A stretch of DNA of 61,629 bases, counting the filler, from Sphacelaria rigidula (Eukaryota), in assembly GCA_964200075.2 (NCBI GenBank). It is 7 parts of 7 records of this genome, joined end to end, with 100 filler letters (N's around TTAATTAATTAA, not from the genome) between each part and the next. Parts side by side here need not be neighbours in the genome. Positions count along the whole stretch, not along the records: positions 8,822 to 17,541 come from CAXNAA020010281.1; positions 17,642 to 26,360 come from CAXNAA020010282.1; 5 more parts are not named here. The stretch is one strand, 5' to 3'. How positions within the stretch are numbered: position 1 is the first letter of the stretch; each line of letters starts with the position of its first letter. Position numbers and translations under genes: made by a program. Shown piece by piece: positions 12,586-25,719 of the stretch. Below the pieces are notes generated by a model. The model saw only the letters and a list, made by a program, of their open reading frames with translations, had not been told where the DNA came from and did no database searches.

Positions 12586-14124
12586 GCTTCCACCGACCAC
12601 CTGCTTTTTTATCCACGATCTTTTCCTCTTCTTCTCCTTCCCCTACCGTCTAGATGTTCCCTCTGCTTCCATCATTCAGGACACACCAGTGCTATCCACC
12701 GACTTCTTTAACAGCCTACAACCGGAGCCCCTTCGGCGCACAACAACGGACCACGAATGGAACTTGGTTGAAGCACCTTCATCCTCGGCTGCTGAAACGC
12801 TTCGTATTCTCGCTCTTGATTCGAACTACTGGCGCTGGACCCCTTGCAGTCTCAGAGTTGCTGACTCCTTCAACTTTCTCAGCCACCATGCGCTCGCCGC
12901 ATGTGATTGACCGTTTGGCAATTAAGTTTAGTATGCGTAGACGTTGTGCCCCTGGTATGTGTTCCCTTTTGTCTCTTTACTTTGGCGAGCGCGCCGAAGC
13001 ATTTTTGTGTTATTCCGTTCGAGATCTCTAGCCCGCAGCAGCATTGTGTGCTCCTGCGTCTTCAAGCGCACTTGCGCTTTTGGTAGCAAATTTTGCTTCC
13101 CTTGTTTGAGGTGTGGGAGGATTGGGCAACGGAATGGATGTTGCCCTCCTGGCCTGGGGTGTACTGTTTGTCAGCCACTACGGCCGAGTGCTTTTATAGC
13201 ATTTGAGGCCGCCTTCCTTGGCGTTCACGACTTAACGTGGAGAAAAACCTCGATTTTCGTTGCTTTTCGAGACTTCTCATCGCAACTGTAGTACAGGTTC
13301 GTCTGGGTGCGCTAGTGTCATGAGGCTAGGAGGCGTTCATGATCAAGTCCGGGATTTCATAGTTGCGGGTCTGATCAAGCTTGACTAAGTCAGATGTGAG
13401 ATCGATAAAAGGAAACAGGCCACGGTTCTCGCTGCTCTCCCGGGGCACTCGCGACGTGGAGCTGAACAAAGCAGCTATAGTTCGGTGAGCGACATGAAAG
13501 AGCATTTAACAGAGCCATAGCGAATACGAGTGAACAAGAGTCTTCATGATCAAGTGGAGATAGCTTACCGTGTGAAGCTATTGAGGTGTGAGCTATTTCG
13601 GACACGACTAATACGCAGTACCTCTGCGGGGACTGTCAGACTGACCCTTCTGCACACTCCAACGTGCGTTGACGTGCACGCTTCACAACCTCCTCACAGA
13701 ACCTCTCTCTCGACTTCGATTTTCGCCGTTCTTCAAACCCTTGGGCTTTTTTCCTTTTAATATTATTTCGTTCCGTTTTTTTGCTCCTTTCTTTCCTCTT
13801 ATTTTCCGTTTTTCTTGTTCTACAGTAGGTCGGCCATTTCTTTCCGTGCCTTGCTTTTGTTGACTTTTATATTATTTTTTTTCACGTCTCAGTCTTTTAT
13901 GTCGTTATGTTCGACTTATTTTCTGCTTATTCTTTTCTTCAGCGAGCGTTTCAGTTTTTCTTTTCTTGGGGACGTCTATCATGCGAGCACGGCTGGACCC
14001 CTGGGAGATCAGTTGAGGTGCGACAACAAAAAAATCATGAAAAAATAAAAAAATCCTCAAAGGTTACGAAATAACAAAGAGAAAAGTGTATTCCATGTCT
14101 TCATGACACACTTTGTCGCAATTT

Positions 14125-14418
14125 AAACCTCTCCCCTAAGTCGGGACGAATCTGTGGTCTCAAAGGACCAGCCCATCTATCTCTCCCCTGGTACACGCAT
14201 TGCATTTTGATCTCGCGGACAGGGGGTTGGCATTCCTCCCGCACCGTGTTGACTCTCGTCAAATAAACACAACCAAACTTTTCTTGCTACCCACATACTT
14301 CCTCTTCAACGAGAAATCGAATACTTCGAAGAAAAAAGTAAAAAAATACATCTGGCGGGAATAGAACCCAAGTTTTCCCCATCCCAACGGTGTCAGTCAC
14401 CATTAGACCACCGGGGCA
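14125..14418 (-). mobile_element. tRNA-derived SINE (second subfamily)
   Basis: Minus strand reads gccccggTGGTCTAATGG...GGTTCTATTCCcgcc (A/B boxes). Body matches 18768-18832 and 45020-45085. Confidence 0.65.
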
Positions 14419-16018
14419 TATTGAAACTCAAAGACGCACTGTCTTGAGTTTCAGGACCAAGTCGCAATTTGCAGGAGGTTCAAACTCGCACCCGATCAGA
14501 AAATGAAAACCGGCCTGGAAAAAAAGGGCGTATTAACATTAGTAGATATATCTTCAGCGAATGCCTGTACGCTGTGCGGTGAATCCCTCTGTTGTGTGTA
14601 TGTCGTTCACTCGATGACAGAACTGAAAATATCATGATGATGCCAAATAAAGTTCATCGAAGGATCTTGCGATGAGCTTGCCAATACTACGTACGACGGG
14701 AAGAGACACAGTGATGTTCCACGTGTGTTCGGCCGAGAAGAGCTCAGCCCATCACGGCTCAAACGTTATCTGGATGTGTTGCGAAATTTCAAAGAAAAAA
14801 CATGTTGACGTACAAAATGGCACACGACAGTAAAATAAGCAGGAGGACGAGGTGATCCCCGCTATGGACGTTTACTCAGCAGCTGTGTATGTCTCGACTG
14901 TGGGCGAGATCCTACGCGCACGACTATTATTGCTTGTTATTTTATGGCGTATTCTTCACCGAGATGTTGCTCAAAACCTCACGCCTGCATCATCTGATCG
15001 TTGATTCTGTTGCACAACAACAAAGTACACACGAACGATTTGATTCAACGTACACTTGCACGATTTCGACTCGTCAACTTTTGGTCTTATTCATGGCATA
15101 CTTTATTATAACGATGGCGAAAGAATCGCCCACAAACGCCGGCTAGGCATCGTTGTTCATCGTCAAGCAACACACACGACCATATCTCGCAAAGGCACGC
15201 GGTTCGACACTGTAGCCCTTTGCTAGTATAATTGACACAGAAGAGAACGGAAAAAAACACGTAGACTTTGAGGACACGCGGCGACGCACGGACCAACGAG
15301 AATCGGACCGTCGTCACACACGAGAGGCTGCTGTGTCGAGGGCCGCCAATCGAATAACCCTGCCTGCTCATATTGGTTGTTGATTGTGTCCTTAGTCGGT
15401 GGCTCTGCGGTGCCCACTGGTGCGTGTCTGTATCTACTCTGCTGCCCTATATCACTTGGGCTTCACTTCTTTTGCAGAATCCTTCCCTGTATCTCCCTTT
15501 TCCCCATCTTTCTCGCCAAACAAGCGTCCGTTCCTGCCGGTGTATGGCAGCAGAGCAGTGTGGTTGGCACCTCGTGCGACAATCAACGAATAAATAAAAC
15601 CAATCAAGATTCCGGTAGAAACGAGCATTGCCATTAAATCACAGTGCATTCTTGCGGCGCGAACACATCCGCACATTAACGCGACGCTGCAAAGCATATA
15701 AGATCACCACTACAGATACCACGCATACTTAACGGTGTGCAGTGAGAAAAAAACATGCAAAAGTCATGATCCACGCCATGCAGCTGCGGCCCCAAAACAA
15801 AAGTACCCCGAGTTCCGGGAGGGGCACGCGGAACAAGCATAACTAGCACCTCAAGAACGACTGCAAGGGGACAACTCTTTCTTCGGCCTTCACATTGGCT
15901 TGGGAAATACCCTGCACATCTATGGTCCTAGACCGTGCGGTGTGTGTGTCGAAAACGTACTCGGAGTCATCCTACGATAGGGGAGGGGGAGGGGGGGGGG
16001 GGGGATATTTCGGGTCAC

Positions 16019-16143
16019 TTCTTGCACGAAATTCCAAGTCAAATCGTCGTTGAAAACAGCAACCATTGTTCGAACGAGCTTGTTCATACTACTTGGCACC
16101 GTTTTAAACCAAAAACAAGCGCACCGCGAGTGTGGCAGGTCGT
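16019..16143 (-). CDS. possible isolated exon (DLPHSRCACFWFKTVP...WNFVQE), unknown gene
   Basis: tgtcag| acceptor, open frame, |gtgacc donor. No partner exons identified. Confidence 0.25.
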
Positions 16144-17541
16144 CTGACACACCAATGATCCTCTTTTTTCGTGCAATCATACCCCCTCTCCCCCCGCCCG
16201 CCCTCCCTCCCTCCCTGTCGTAGGACGACTCCGCGCCATTCCTTAACTCATCACGACACAGGTAGCACCGCTTGGTCCAAAGATATTCTGTGATTCACGA
16301 TGCTCACCATAATGTAATGATGACACAGAAAATACCGATCCTCCCAGAGATGCCGTAGTTACATCATTAAATGACACACACGCACTTCGCCTTCGAGGAA
16401 GGCACGACCCAATCCACTCTACAAGAATCGACAACGCAAAAAAATCAACAGCAGGAGAAGCCGGAGCAGAAGCAGCACCGGATAGACACGTCAACATACA
16501 GGAAACACTAAAATGCTAACGGGGAACGATAGCAAGGAGTAGCGATCAGTCACCCCGCAATGGGTGAAGGCACGCTGCAGCACACTGCAGCCGCAGGAGG
16601 CGTGCAACCACCACCACGAACGGGAAAAACACTACATTTGGGCTGATTCAGTCAGGCGCAGTTGGGGCTGTACCCATGTCTGAAACGCAAGCTGCGAAGC
16701 TTACTTTATTGCAGACATTTCGTAACACGCAAAAAAGACATATGCACCGTTGAATACATTCAACCTCGAACATGAAAAACAGCCCCGAAAAACGGCAGGA
16801 CAACAGCACAAGTAAAATGCCATTTCATGTTACATCGTATAGATTTGGAGCTCATGACCAATAGGCGGGGGCACATTGCAGCGCTCCTAGAAGCAGGAGG
16901 AACGCTGCGTCCAAAAGAGAATCCACAGCAGCAGCATCCTTCCAATTCAACCACTCATGAATCCAGACGCCACCTTTACAGCTCTTGGAACGTGAGGGCA
17001 ACCCTTACAATCGTGCTGTCGGGAGCTTCCTCGATTTGCCCGTCACACGTGCAAAGACAAGCTGTGAACTGCAGATTTGGGTAACAGGGCAGTAACGGTG
17101 AAACCGCGCAAAAAATACGCCAACCCGTGGCAGAAGGGCCAAAAATACGGCGCGGCATCCGAAACACCTAATAGCTTGGAGTGCTGAGCGGAGCAGTCCT
17201 CCGAGAAATGGATAAGTCGTCACACACGACGCCCTTGTAGCAAGAATCGAAACGCTTGCCTTTGCCGCAACGCATGTAGACGGATGTTTTATATTTTCAA
17301 GGTTCACACACATACATGAATATATATATATATATATATACATATCCATCTATTCCACAAAACTCTCGCAGTCACGGGGAAACACGAGCGTTAAGCACCC
17401 CCCTAGAGGTTTCGCTTGCCCTAAAGAACACTGGAGTTCAGCTCCTTTCATTTCCTGTCGCTGGATTGCCTTCCCTCACATTTCATTGGAGGGAGAGGGG
17501 GAGGGGTGTACTCGTGATCATGCATGCCATAGTCATAAGAC

Positions 17542-17641
17542 NNNNNNNNNNNNNNNNNNNNNNNNNNNNNNNNNNNNNNNNNNNNTTAATTAATTAANNN
17601 NNNNNNNNNNNNNNNNNNNNNNNNNNNNNNNNNNNNNNNNN
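17542..17641. other. artificial contig spacer
   Basis: N44-TTAATTAATTAA-N44. Confidence 0.99.
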
Positions 17642-18239
17642 ATCGTAGGATGACTCCTCAAAAACAAGTTCCAGCGCCTCAGTCACGCCCAAGCAAGGTT
17701 TATGGGCAACATGCCCCACCATTGTTTTTCTTTAATTTCACACGTGGTACAAGGCTTAATATGGCACGGAAAAAGACAACCTGTGGGGGTACCCTCTTCT
17801 TTTTTGTAAACTACGGGTGCTGAGATATTCGGAAGGGCTGAATGAATAAGGTTTTCTTATTTTTCCCTTTCTCGCCAGATATCATCGTGGAACCTCGAAT
17901 ATCTGACGATTTGTTTTTCTAAGACCCCATTCATGTAGCCCTTCCGAAATCTCAGAGCACCTGAATGCAAACTTACAGGGCCTAACTCCAGAAGACGGCG
18001 TGAGCAATCGCTGGGGTGTAACTTCCGGTCGTTCACCCTGAACCAACCTCAATGATCTGTGTGACGCTCTTTCACGCCGAATCTCACATGTTTTGATATT
18101 CCCCGTCTAGATGACAATATATATCTCGACACTCACAGCGGCTGCAGACAGAAATCAGGTTGATATGTGTAGCTTAGACGCATAGCTACCCGCCTTCCAG
18201 GTTCTGGTGGCGTGGATCCTTGCCGCAGATGAAAATATC

Positions 18240-18263
18240 GGGGTAGAGTGCGTGCGTGCGTGC

Positions 18264-18294
<31 letters not shown>

Positions 18295-18832
18295 TTTTGT
18301 ATGTTATCCCATCTATTCTGGACGCCAGTTTACGATGAACCGGTCTTTCCGGTGGCTCAGTTGGTAACTTCGAAACCATCTGACGGTTAGGTCGTGCGTT
18401 CAAATCTCGAAGCGCCCAACAGTGGAGAGCGACTGTGCCGCGGGTACACAAAATATGACTTAACGGTCGACGAGGGAAGGGGACTGCTGTACCGCTCTCG
18501 CGATAATAGATAAAGGCAAGCACCGCAGAAGGAAGTTAGAATAGTACTAGAAACCAGACAAAAACACAAAAACTCCTGTGTTGACCTTCCTCCTGTGTGA
18601 CCCCGGCTGATGCGCCCACATATACCGAAAGGTGTAGACCGGCGTCCAGAATAGATGGGACAAATATGCGGGGGCACAGCAGCCGGGGTCACACAGGCGG
18701 AAGGCCAACACAGGATATTTTTTCAATTGATTTTACGCTTTTTCTTTTTTTGTTCCTCACACTTTGAACCCCTCCCCTTCCTCGGGATGAGTCCGTGGTC
18801 TCAAGGGATCAACCCATATCTCCCCCGGTACG
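18240..18832. mobile_element. cluster of tRNA-SINEs: minus-strand 3' tail with (CA)n, full plus-strand copy 18340-18660, and opposite truncated copy 18662-18832
   Basis: TGGCTCAGTTGG A box at 18353 and a degenerate B box gcgttcaaatc. The shared 3' motif ggcgtccagaatagatggga occurs on both strands. Inverted arms at 18574-18623 and 18664-18715. Confidence 0.75.
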
Positions 18833-20943
18833 TCTCGAAAGTAATAAAGGCTGTCTGAGCTGATTCTGGAGACGTATTCATCACCGGTTTGTGCGCCATA
18901 CTGGAGGGAAAGGGGCCAGACTTCGTTGAGGACATAGCTTCAGAGGTATAGTACAGTGTGCATCAGTATCATCGTGATTTTGTTATCCGTTTACCTCCGC
19001 CACGTCTTCTTTTTGGGGTGGTGATGAAGAACGTGACACTAAATTCGTCGTAACATAAAGAGAAGAGGGTAATGCTGATTCTTCGGCGAACGGAAGATGA
19101 CTTCACATCTTTGTGCACGCTGTCTGTACAAAAGTAAGGCCCTGTTCGATCGGGAACAAAAAAAGAAGCACTGGTGACCAATCACTATGCTGCTCTTGGA
19201 CTCTTGTTTCGTCTCTTGCTCTGTCTCGATGAGGCAGCCGGAGGACCTTCCGTGTCGTATCAAATTGTATTCGACTCAAGAACGTGCGGCGGAATTAAAT
19301 TCGCTCGTAGCTGATACGTCCAAGTCATTTATTTTCTCATATGATTGAGAACATGAATGCCATGCACATCTCATGTGCAAGCGAATTCGATTCCACCGCA
19401 CGTTTTCGAGACGAAAACAGTTTGTTAACGGGACCAAAACAAGAAACATGGAACGGAACAAGCGTCTGAAATCCAAAAGCACATGTTGACTGGTCTGGTC
19501 ACCGCGATACTACCCCGCCCGGTGGCCAATCAACGTGCTGCTGTTGGACGCTTGTTTCGTTTCCCGCTTTTTCTTTCTGTTGTCTCGATAAGACGGAGTC
19601 CAAGAAGTAGTGATTGCGCCGCACACACGCTGCCTGAAGCAATCAGCGAGCGGTTTATGAGCTGTTCCATCACACGCTTGTCTCTTGATGCATGATGAAT
19701 GATAGAGAATATGATACTGCGTCACAGTACTTTCACCGCGAGAAGAGGGCGTATGTGCTGCTTCTTGGGCATACCTTATGACTAACTAGAAAGGGGGGGC
19801 GCTCGTTGTGACGGAGGCGGAGCGAGGGAGGTAGACCACGGAATCATAGATCCAGCATGCTGTCGTCCGGTTGCTGCCTGCTCTCTCTCCTGCTGGCTTG
19901 TGCCATAACGTTCTTACCATCGGGTGGAGCAGAGAATATGCCCGTTGGCTCCTTCATTTCATCGATGGTCAGTGTGGTGAAATCCCTCTCACGAACAAGT
20001 GCCGCGTCTCAACAGATGTGGGAATGCTTGTAGCATCACCCACGGTCTTGCAGAGGTGTGCCTTGGGCAACAACAGAGTGGCTCAAGAGTATACTCGTAC
20101 ATTTGAAGTAGATCACGATCATGAAAACATGTTGCGCCCCTGGCTCCAATCTCGACGGCTGCGTGTCGAATCGATTTGCATGTGACTATAGTACAGTAAG
20201 TAGCTCATGTATATATCATTCTTGTTGTTCGTCACGCTTATGGATGTTGGAAACCGAGGAGGTCAACGCCGCCGCCATTGTACAACTATGCAGTACAGAC
20301 CGGCACTTAGAGAGACCTCGTGCACCACAAGCGCAGGTACGGCCTTACGCCATATAACCAGGAATCAGTACAAGTTCCGAGCGCTGATATGTGTAGCGGT
20401 GTACCCTAGTTGCGGTCGTGTTCTTTTTCTCCGCATTTCAGGGCCGTTCGCAAGGAAGCAATTTTCCCTCGTTGCATGGACAGTAGACAACAGGTTAGGT
20501 TGACCCTTCGACCGCCAGCATCAACGTCACTTGTAATACTAACGGATGAGCTAGACGGCCTACCCTCGCGGTCAAGGAGTTAAAGCGCAGTTTTTTTTTT
20601 CATTGTAGTATTTGTTACCATCAAGGAAATCGCGTCATCAAGGACAAACCTTGGTCCGCAATATGTGTCTCCATCTGCGGCTCGCCGGAAGCGCGCCACC
20701 AAAGGTGACGCTGCGAGTCAGGCAATGCGGTGGGGGTAAATAATCGGATACAAGGCATGACGGGAGGTTTGTTATCGATATCCGCCTCCAGTCGTAGATT
20801 TATACCTCAATGACAAGAGAGTCGTTTAATGCTCGATTTTACTTGATCCTGAAGCGGAAGTGTGTATATTACTGCGTCGATGTACTCTTCTGTGAACGTC
20901 ATACACCCTTTCCTCTTTCCCAATCGATCGTTCCCGATGATAG

Positions 20944-23900
20944 CTCTTCTGGGACAGCACGGACGAGAAAAAGCTCGTTCGCGCCGTTGTAAAGGATGAT
21001 CAGGCGGACGCCACCACTCCGCGACGGGATTTTATGCTGGACATGACCTTGTACTCGGAGTTCAATGAGTGAGAGGCCTCGTTAGCTACATGCACCACTA
21101 GCTTTGACAGTACTCGAGTTATCTTTGCTTGTCGGGGGCAGAACCCCTGTTGTGCCCGGGTCAAGTATTTGCAGGTTAAGACTCAAGCACGAAGGGTAAC
21201 CCATGTTTCGAGGCAAGGGAAGCGATAACCCAAGAACGTAGCTCGTTGCAAATATGTGACATACAATCGTAGCGTGCTTTAACTTGCATTGGTCGTACTT
21301 ATGTCCATACCGTGCACTACCCATTCTTTCACGCTGGAAGTGTGAGTGGTGGTCTGAAAAAAACCCGCGTGTCATCATGATGCAAGAGTACACGAGGGTT
21401 CATATAGTGTAATTAACGTCAGCATGAATTTGGTGTGAATCACGTGCAAGTACCGTACTTGTATTGCAACAGCTGTCCGTCATATCTACACGCGGGCATG
21501 GCAGCATTGATACTACTGTGTAGCCTGGAAGAAATTAACAATCGCACAAAATGCGGCAAATACGTCGCTCCCAGCCTACATGTAGCAAGTCGATTTTTCA
21601 TGCTTGCACTGCAATGACTCTGAACTACATCCATCCCATATCTTCGTCAAACAATTGTAGGCTCGGTGCTGCCCAGTTCAGCATTTTACAAAGTAAAGGG
21701 CTGGACAGCGTGTGCTGGAGAGAGGCAGCGGCATCCATCGAGGCAGACTGTCAGACCATGCCACATGCGCGCAAGCAACGTCTAGCGGTCCAATTAAGCA
21801 ACTGCCACCTTCAGGTGAACGACCTGGGGTTGGCTTTCGGACAACTCGGACATGACGAATCCCCGTTCCTTTACGTTCTCGCTATGCTGCATGCCACATC
21901 TAGAGCAAAAATGACCAGAAATATCGCGCCGAGAAGAAAACTCACTTCACTTCCGTGCCATTTGTAAATCCTGCAGCATGACAAATAATGCTTCCGGAGA
22001 ACATGCATCCTCTCGAAACCCCCTTGATCTGCAGGACTCTGGCAGGAAGACTTCCCTCTGTGGACCAAACGACAGCGATCAAAATTGTGTTGAGTCCACA
22101 AAACACGACGACGTCGCCTTCCAAAGCTACACCACTTACTTTCACCACGTGAGTCTGAATGTGCGAATTTCGCAAGATTGTCCTATAACCACACGCCACC
22201 CTCTGAATTGATACGGTGAGGCTCACGCCGAGCTTCGCGCACAGCCGAATGACTATTACATGTCCGCCAGGATTACCGGGATAACCGACAGCTGTATAAC
22301 GCTTCAGCACTCTGTGACTTCGCGTAGACAGCGCGTAGATATAACTGCTGCTGGCGCATTCGTAGTAACCAGGACACACGATTTTTCACGACATAAAAGT
22401 ATTTCCCCCGCATAACTTTGCACCCGTTGAGAACGCATCCCTCGCTGGGGCGGCCGCGATGATCATGCTTGTGCTACCGTCCACTGCCCCAACGTACAAA
22501 CAACATTCGAAGAATGGCACATAGAGTCGCGGTGGCAGAGGGAGGAGCAGAGATCCAACACGCGGGGAGTTCATGTTAGAGTACACGCTTGAGCTGAGCA
22601 TACACCCCCAGTCTCTACCGGTCTCCAAGCATCTGACTGCTCTCCCTGCCGCTGCCGCGTCCGTACACACAACGTCTACCGTAAGGTGAATACCATATGT
22701 TACCATCTTAGTCATAACACCTGGCAGGATGAAACACAAGCACTGGTGCAAGGGCTGACGGCATCCTCTATCGCAACGTTTGACCGTGCGGAGATGGCTC
22801 TACAGAAGCAAGAGGAAGTGAGTCACTGCTCTGGGAGCTATGGCGTTAACACTGAAGACGAGGGCTACGCATTGCACGCATGGTCCGGACGGTTTTTCCC
22901 GTTTGGCCTACCAGAATATCCATGATTGATGTACGGGATTCAGTGCCCAACAATTACCTAGAGTGCTCTTAGTATATCTGTAAAAGATGTCAACTCCTTG
23001 TGCGAACTTTGCATAGGGCAGATAGTGGCAAGATTCACAGATACGCAGTGCAACATTATGCGCATGTCACGTTTAAATCTGGTTTGTGCAACCGGTCGGG
23101 TCGTTCTATAAACATTCTCCGGCCTTTTTCGCGCCATTGCTTTTCATGGGATCATTCGACGGCGCAACTACGTCCAATATCATATTTAGGTGTTACGAGG
23201 GCAGGAAAGAGCTTTCGAACAGAGCGAAGAGATAGCCTTGGGAGTCATTGAAGCGAGACTCGACTTGACCAAGCTATCGGGAAGCCTGTCCGACGAGCTC
23301 AAGATCGCGCTGGGAGAAATCGAGAAGCAGGTACATTTACAAATACATAACAGTATCATCATTTGGCTGGCGCCATGCTCCGAAAAAATGATGTCGCCAG
23401 CGCAAGTAATGTGCACGCGAGAATGTTAGTCCGCCAGACGAGCATGAGCTAGGTCGATGCCTGGCACACCGTGAGAACGTAAGAGGCAGGAAACGACGTC
23501 ATTTCCAGGGGTTACGTAATTTTTGGAAGTGATTTGCCTAGCGGAACCGTCGCCACGATATTTGTTTCAGAGCATCTAGAATCCTAAACGTCATACTCCC
23601 CTCACCTATTGGGGAGGCATTGGATGTTTGGCACAGAGGTTATCGAACGTTAGGGGTACTGAGTTTCCCTGTCGTATTACACAGTTATTTTCCACAGCCC
23701 GTTCGCATTTCACCCTGTATCCTCGGTTGTTCCGACTTCGTGTTACTCGTCGATGAGCCAGGAAATTCTCATGGCCAACCTTCTCGCTACTCAGGCTATT
23801 GCAGCTAGTCAGGCCAATAGCTTCTCGTCGGAGCTGGACGGTGCCAAGTCAGAGCTGGCAGCGTACATGAACGCTATCGAAGAAGACCGCAGGTAGCGCA

Positions 23901-24864
23901 TCGAGCACACGGTTGGAATGTAGAGTGATACGCTTAGAGATTCAGTAGTCCCAGTAGAGGTCATCTCCGATACGCGTGTAAGTACACCGGAGAAGGTGAC
24001 CAGGTACTCAGTGCACTTTGTGATGAGATGCACAAAAATAAATATGCGCAGCTAGTAGGAAAGTAAATTGAGCATATGTCCAGGTGCTCCGTTTTTTGTC
24101 CTCGAGGCAAACATACTTGACCTCCTGTTGCTTCGCACCGCGGCAATCAAGCGTCCACGTCAAGCACATATGTTGCTCTCCTGGATGCGGTCGCGCGGAG
24201 AAATGTTAAATGGAAAATAAACGGAAATGCAGCTACTGCTCAGCAACCATATTTTATCGCCGACAGAAGCGCGACCCGCTCCCGCCAATCGATCAAACAG
24301 GAAGACACGGGACCAGAATACAGCCTTGGCCGATACGATCGGTTTCATTCACGACTGTCTCGAGAATGCCACTTCAGCGTGGGCCAGGTTCCAGGCCTTC
24401 ACGTGAGTGCTTTCCTACAAAGTCTTCTCTCGCTCGGCATGTAGATTGGGAAACATGAAAAAGCAGCGCCGCCGAGTAGAAACCCACAGGTATTGACACA
24501 GTATTGCCGTCATGTTGCAGAAAAAACACAAAATTGTAATCACTGAGAATGACGACAGTGTGACTGCAAGGAACGTCGGTGACATAACGCCTCCGTGTAG
24601 CTACAAAACCTGGTTAGACTCCCGTGGGGGCTGGAGTATTGCTGAAAGAATTTGATGTGACAGTTTTAGTCTCCGTGCACCAGGTACATGATTCTATCCG
24701 CCAACCTGTGTTGGGTCATGACCACTCCGCCACCGCTGCGCTCGGCGAGAACGGGTCTGTTCGTACTGGTGGCGTTTGGCCTGCTATTGGAGAGACATGT
24801 CTGCGGCGATCCGTCTTCTTTCTCTTCGGATTCTTCCTCACCTTCGGCTGCCGTCGATCCCCTC
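20944..24864 (+). CDS. GEX1: GEX1/KAR5/Brambleberry-family nuclear envelope fusion (karyogamy) protein, partial
   Basis: Phase-compatible GT-AG exons 20944-21068, 21661-21814, 22035-22148, 22686-22817, 23190-23330, 23795-23892, 24244-24402 and 24684-24864. They splice to a six-Cys domain (CWREAAASIEADC...RLAVQLSNCHLQDSGRKTSLC...CVES...AFQSYTTYFHHVNTICYHL), then a coiled coil, then TM helices (YMILSANLCWVMTT..RSARTGLFVLVAFGLLLER). Signal-peptide exon and last exon(s) not located. Confidence 0.88.
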
Positions 24865-25719
24865 GTGAGTTATCCCATCGAGGAAAATCGATGATTCTGT
24901 AGGTGGGACCACATCAAGACACCAATTGATTGCTCTGATAATTGATAATTGCGCACTCACCGAGCAGCTTCCAGCTGTAGTCATTAGATAGACGTGCCCA
25001 AGGGTCAAGAAGCGGGAGAGCACTCCTTGGGAAGGGAGAAAAAGTAGAAAGGAAATTATGGAAGGGAGAGACAGAAATATTGGATGAATCTCGAAAAAAG
25101 GAAAAGAAAAGACAGGGAATGAAGCGGAAATAACACACAAGGAAAATCGACGGGCGCAGATCTTGTACCGGTCCCGAGAGATAAACTCCGACGGGCCCCT
25201 GTCGCATGGTTTGCAAGTACGGAGATCGTATAGAAATGAAATTAACATCCAAACAAAACATAAAACAGATCAAAATATTGAAGGTAGGAAATATATTATC
25301 AAAAACATAGTGAACAAAGACAAGGGGGAAGAGACGAACGAAACAGAAGGTAGGGAAAGGATGAAGAGAGGTTAAGGAGCGAGAACGTTTCTGCGAGGAA
25401 GGCCGAAACCACGATCTGTGGTGTTGCAAAACATGTTTCGTACGCAACGTATCCCCGACTACGCCTCGGACAATATATGGCAAATAGTTGCAACAGACGA
25501 GTAATATACTGCGGAAAGTATAGGACTGTTGCAACTATTTTCGGCCAACAATAGTCCCAATAGGCATATAATTTACGCGGCACATGTCTTGTCTATTGCA
25601 ACTGTTGAGAATATATTGTACGAGGTGTGAATATCTCTAGTTGATGCTCGCAAACGCGAGAGTGGCAACCCCTTGAAAGAAACACCGCTTGAAAGGGTGC
25701 AACGCGCGGTATCGGAAAT

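Noticed and set aside
18600-18645. hammerhead ribozyme (CTGATG...GAAA)
   Set aside because: The core reads CUGAUGC rather than CUGANGA, and I could not build stems II/III with a cleavage triplet.
20121-20336. GEX1 first (signal-peptide) exon
   Set aside because: A phase-0 donor exists at 20337, but that frame lacks a hydrophobic signal peptide, and other frames have the wrong phase or stops.
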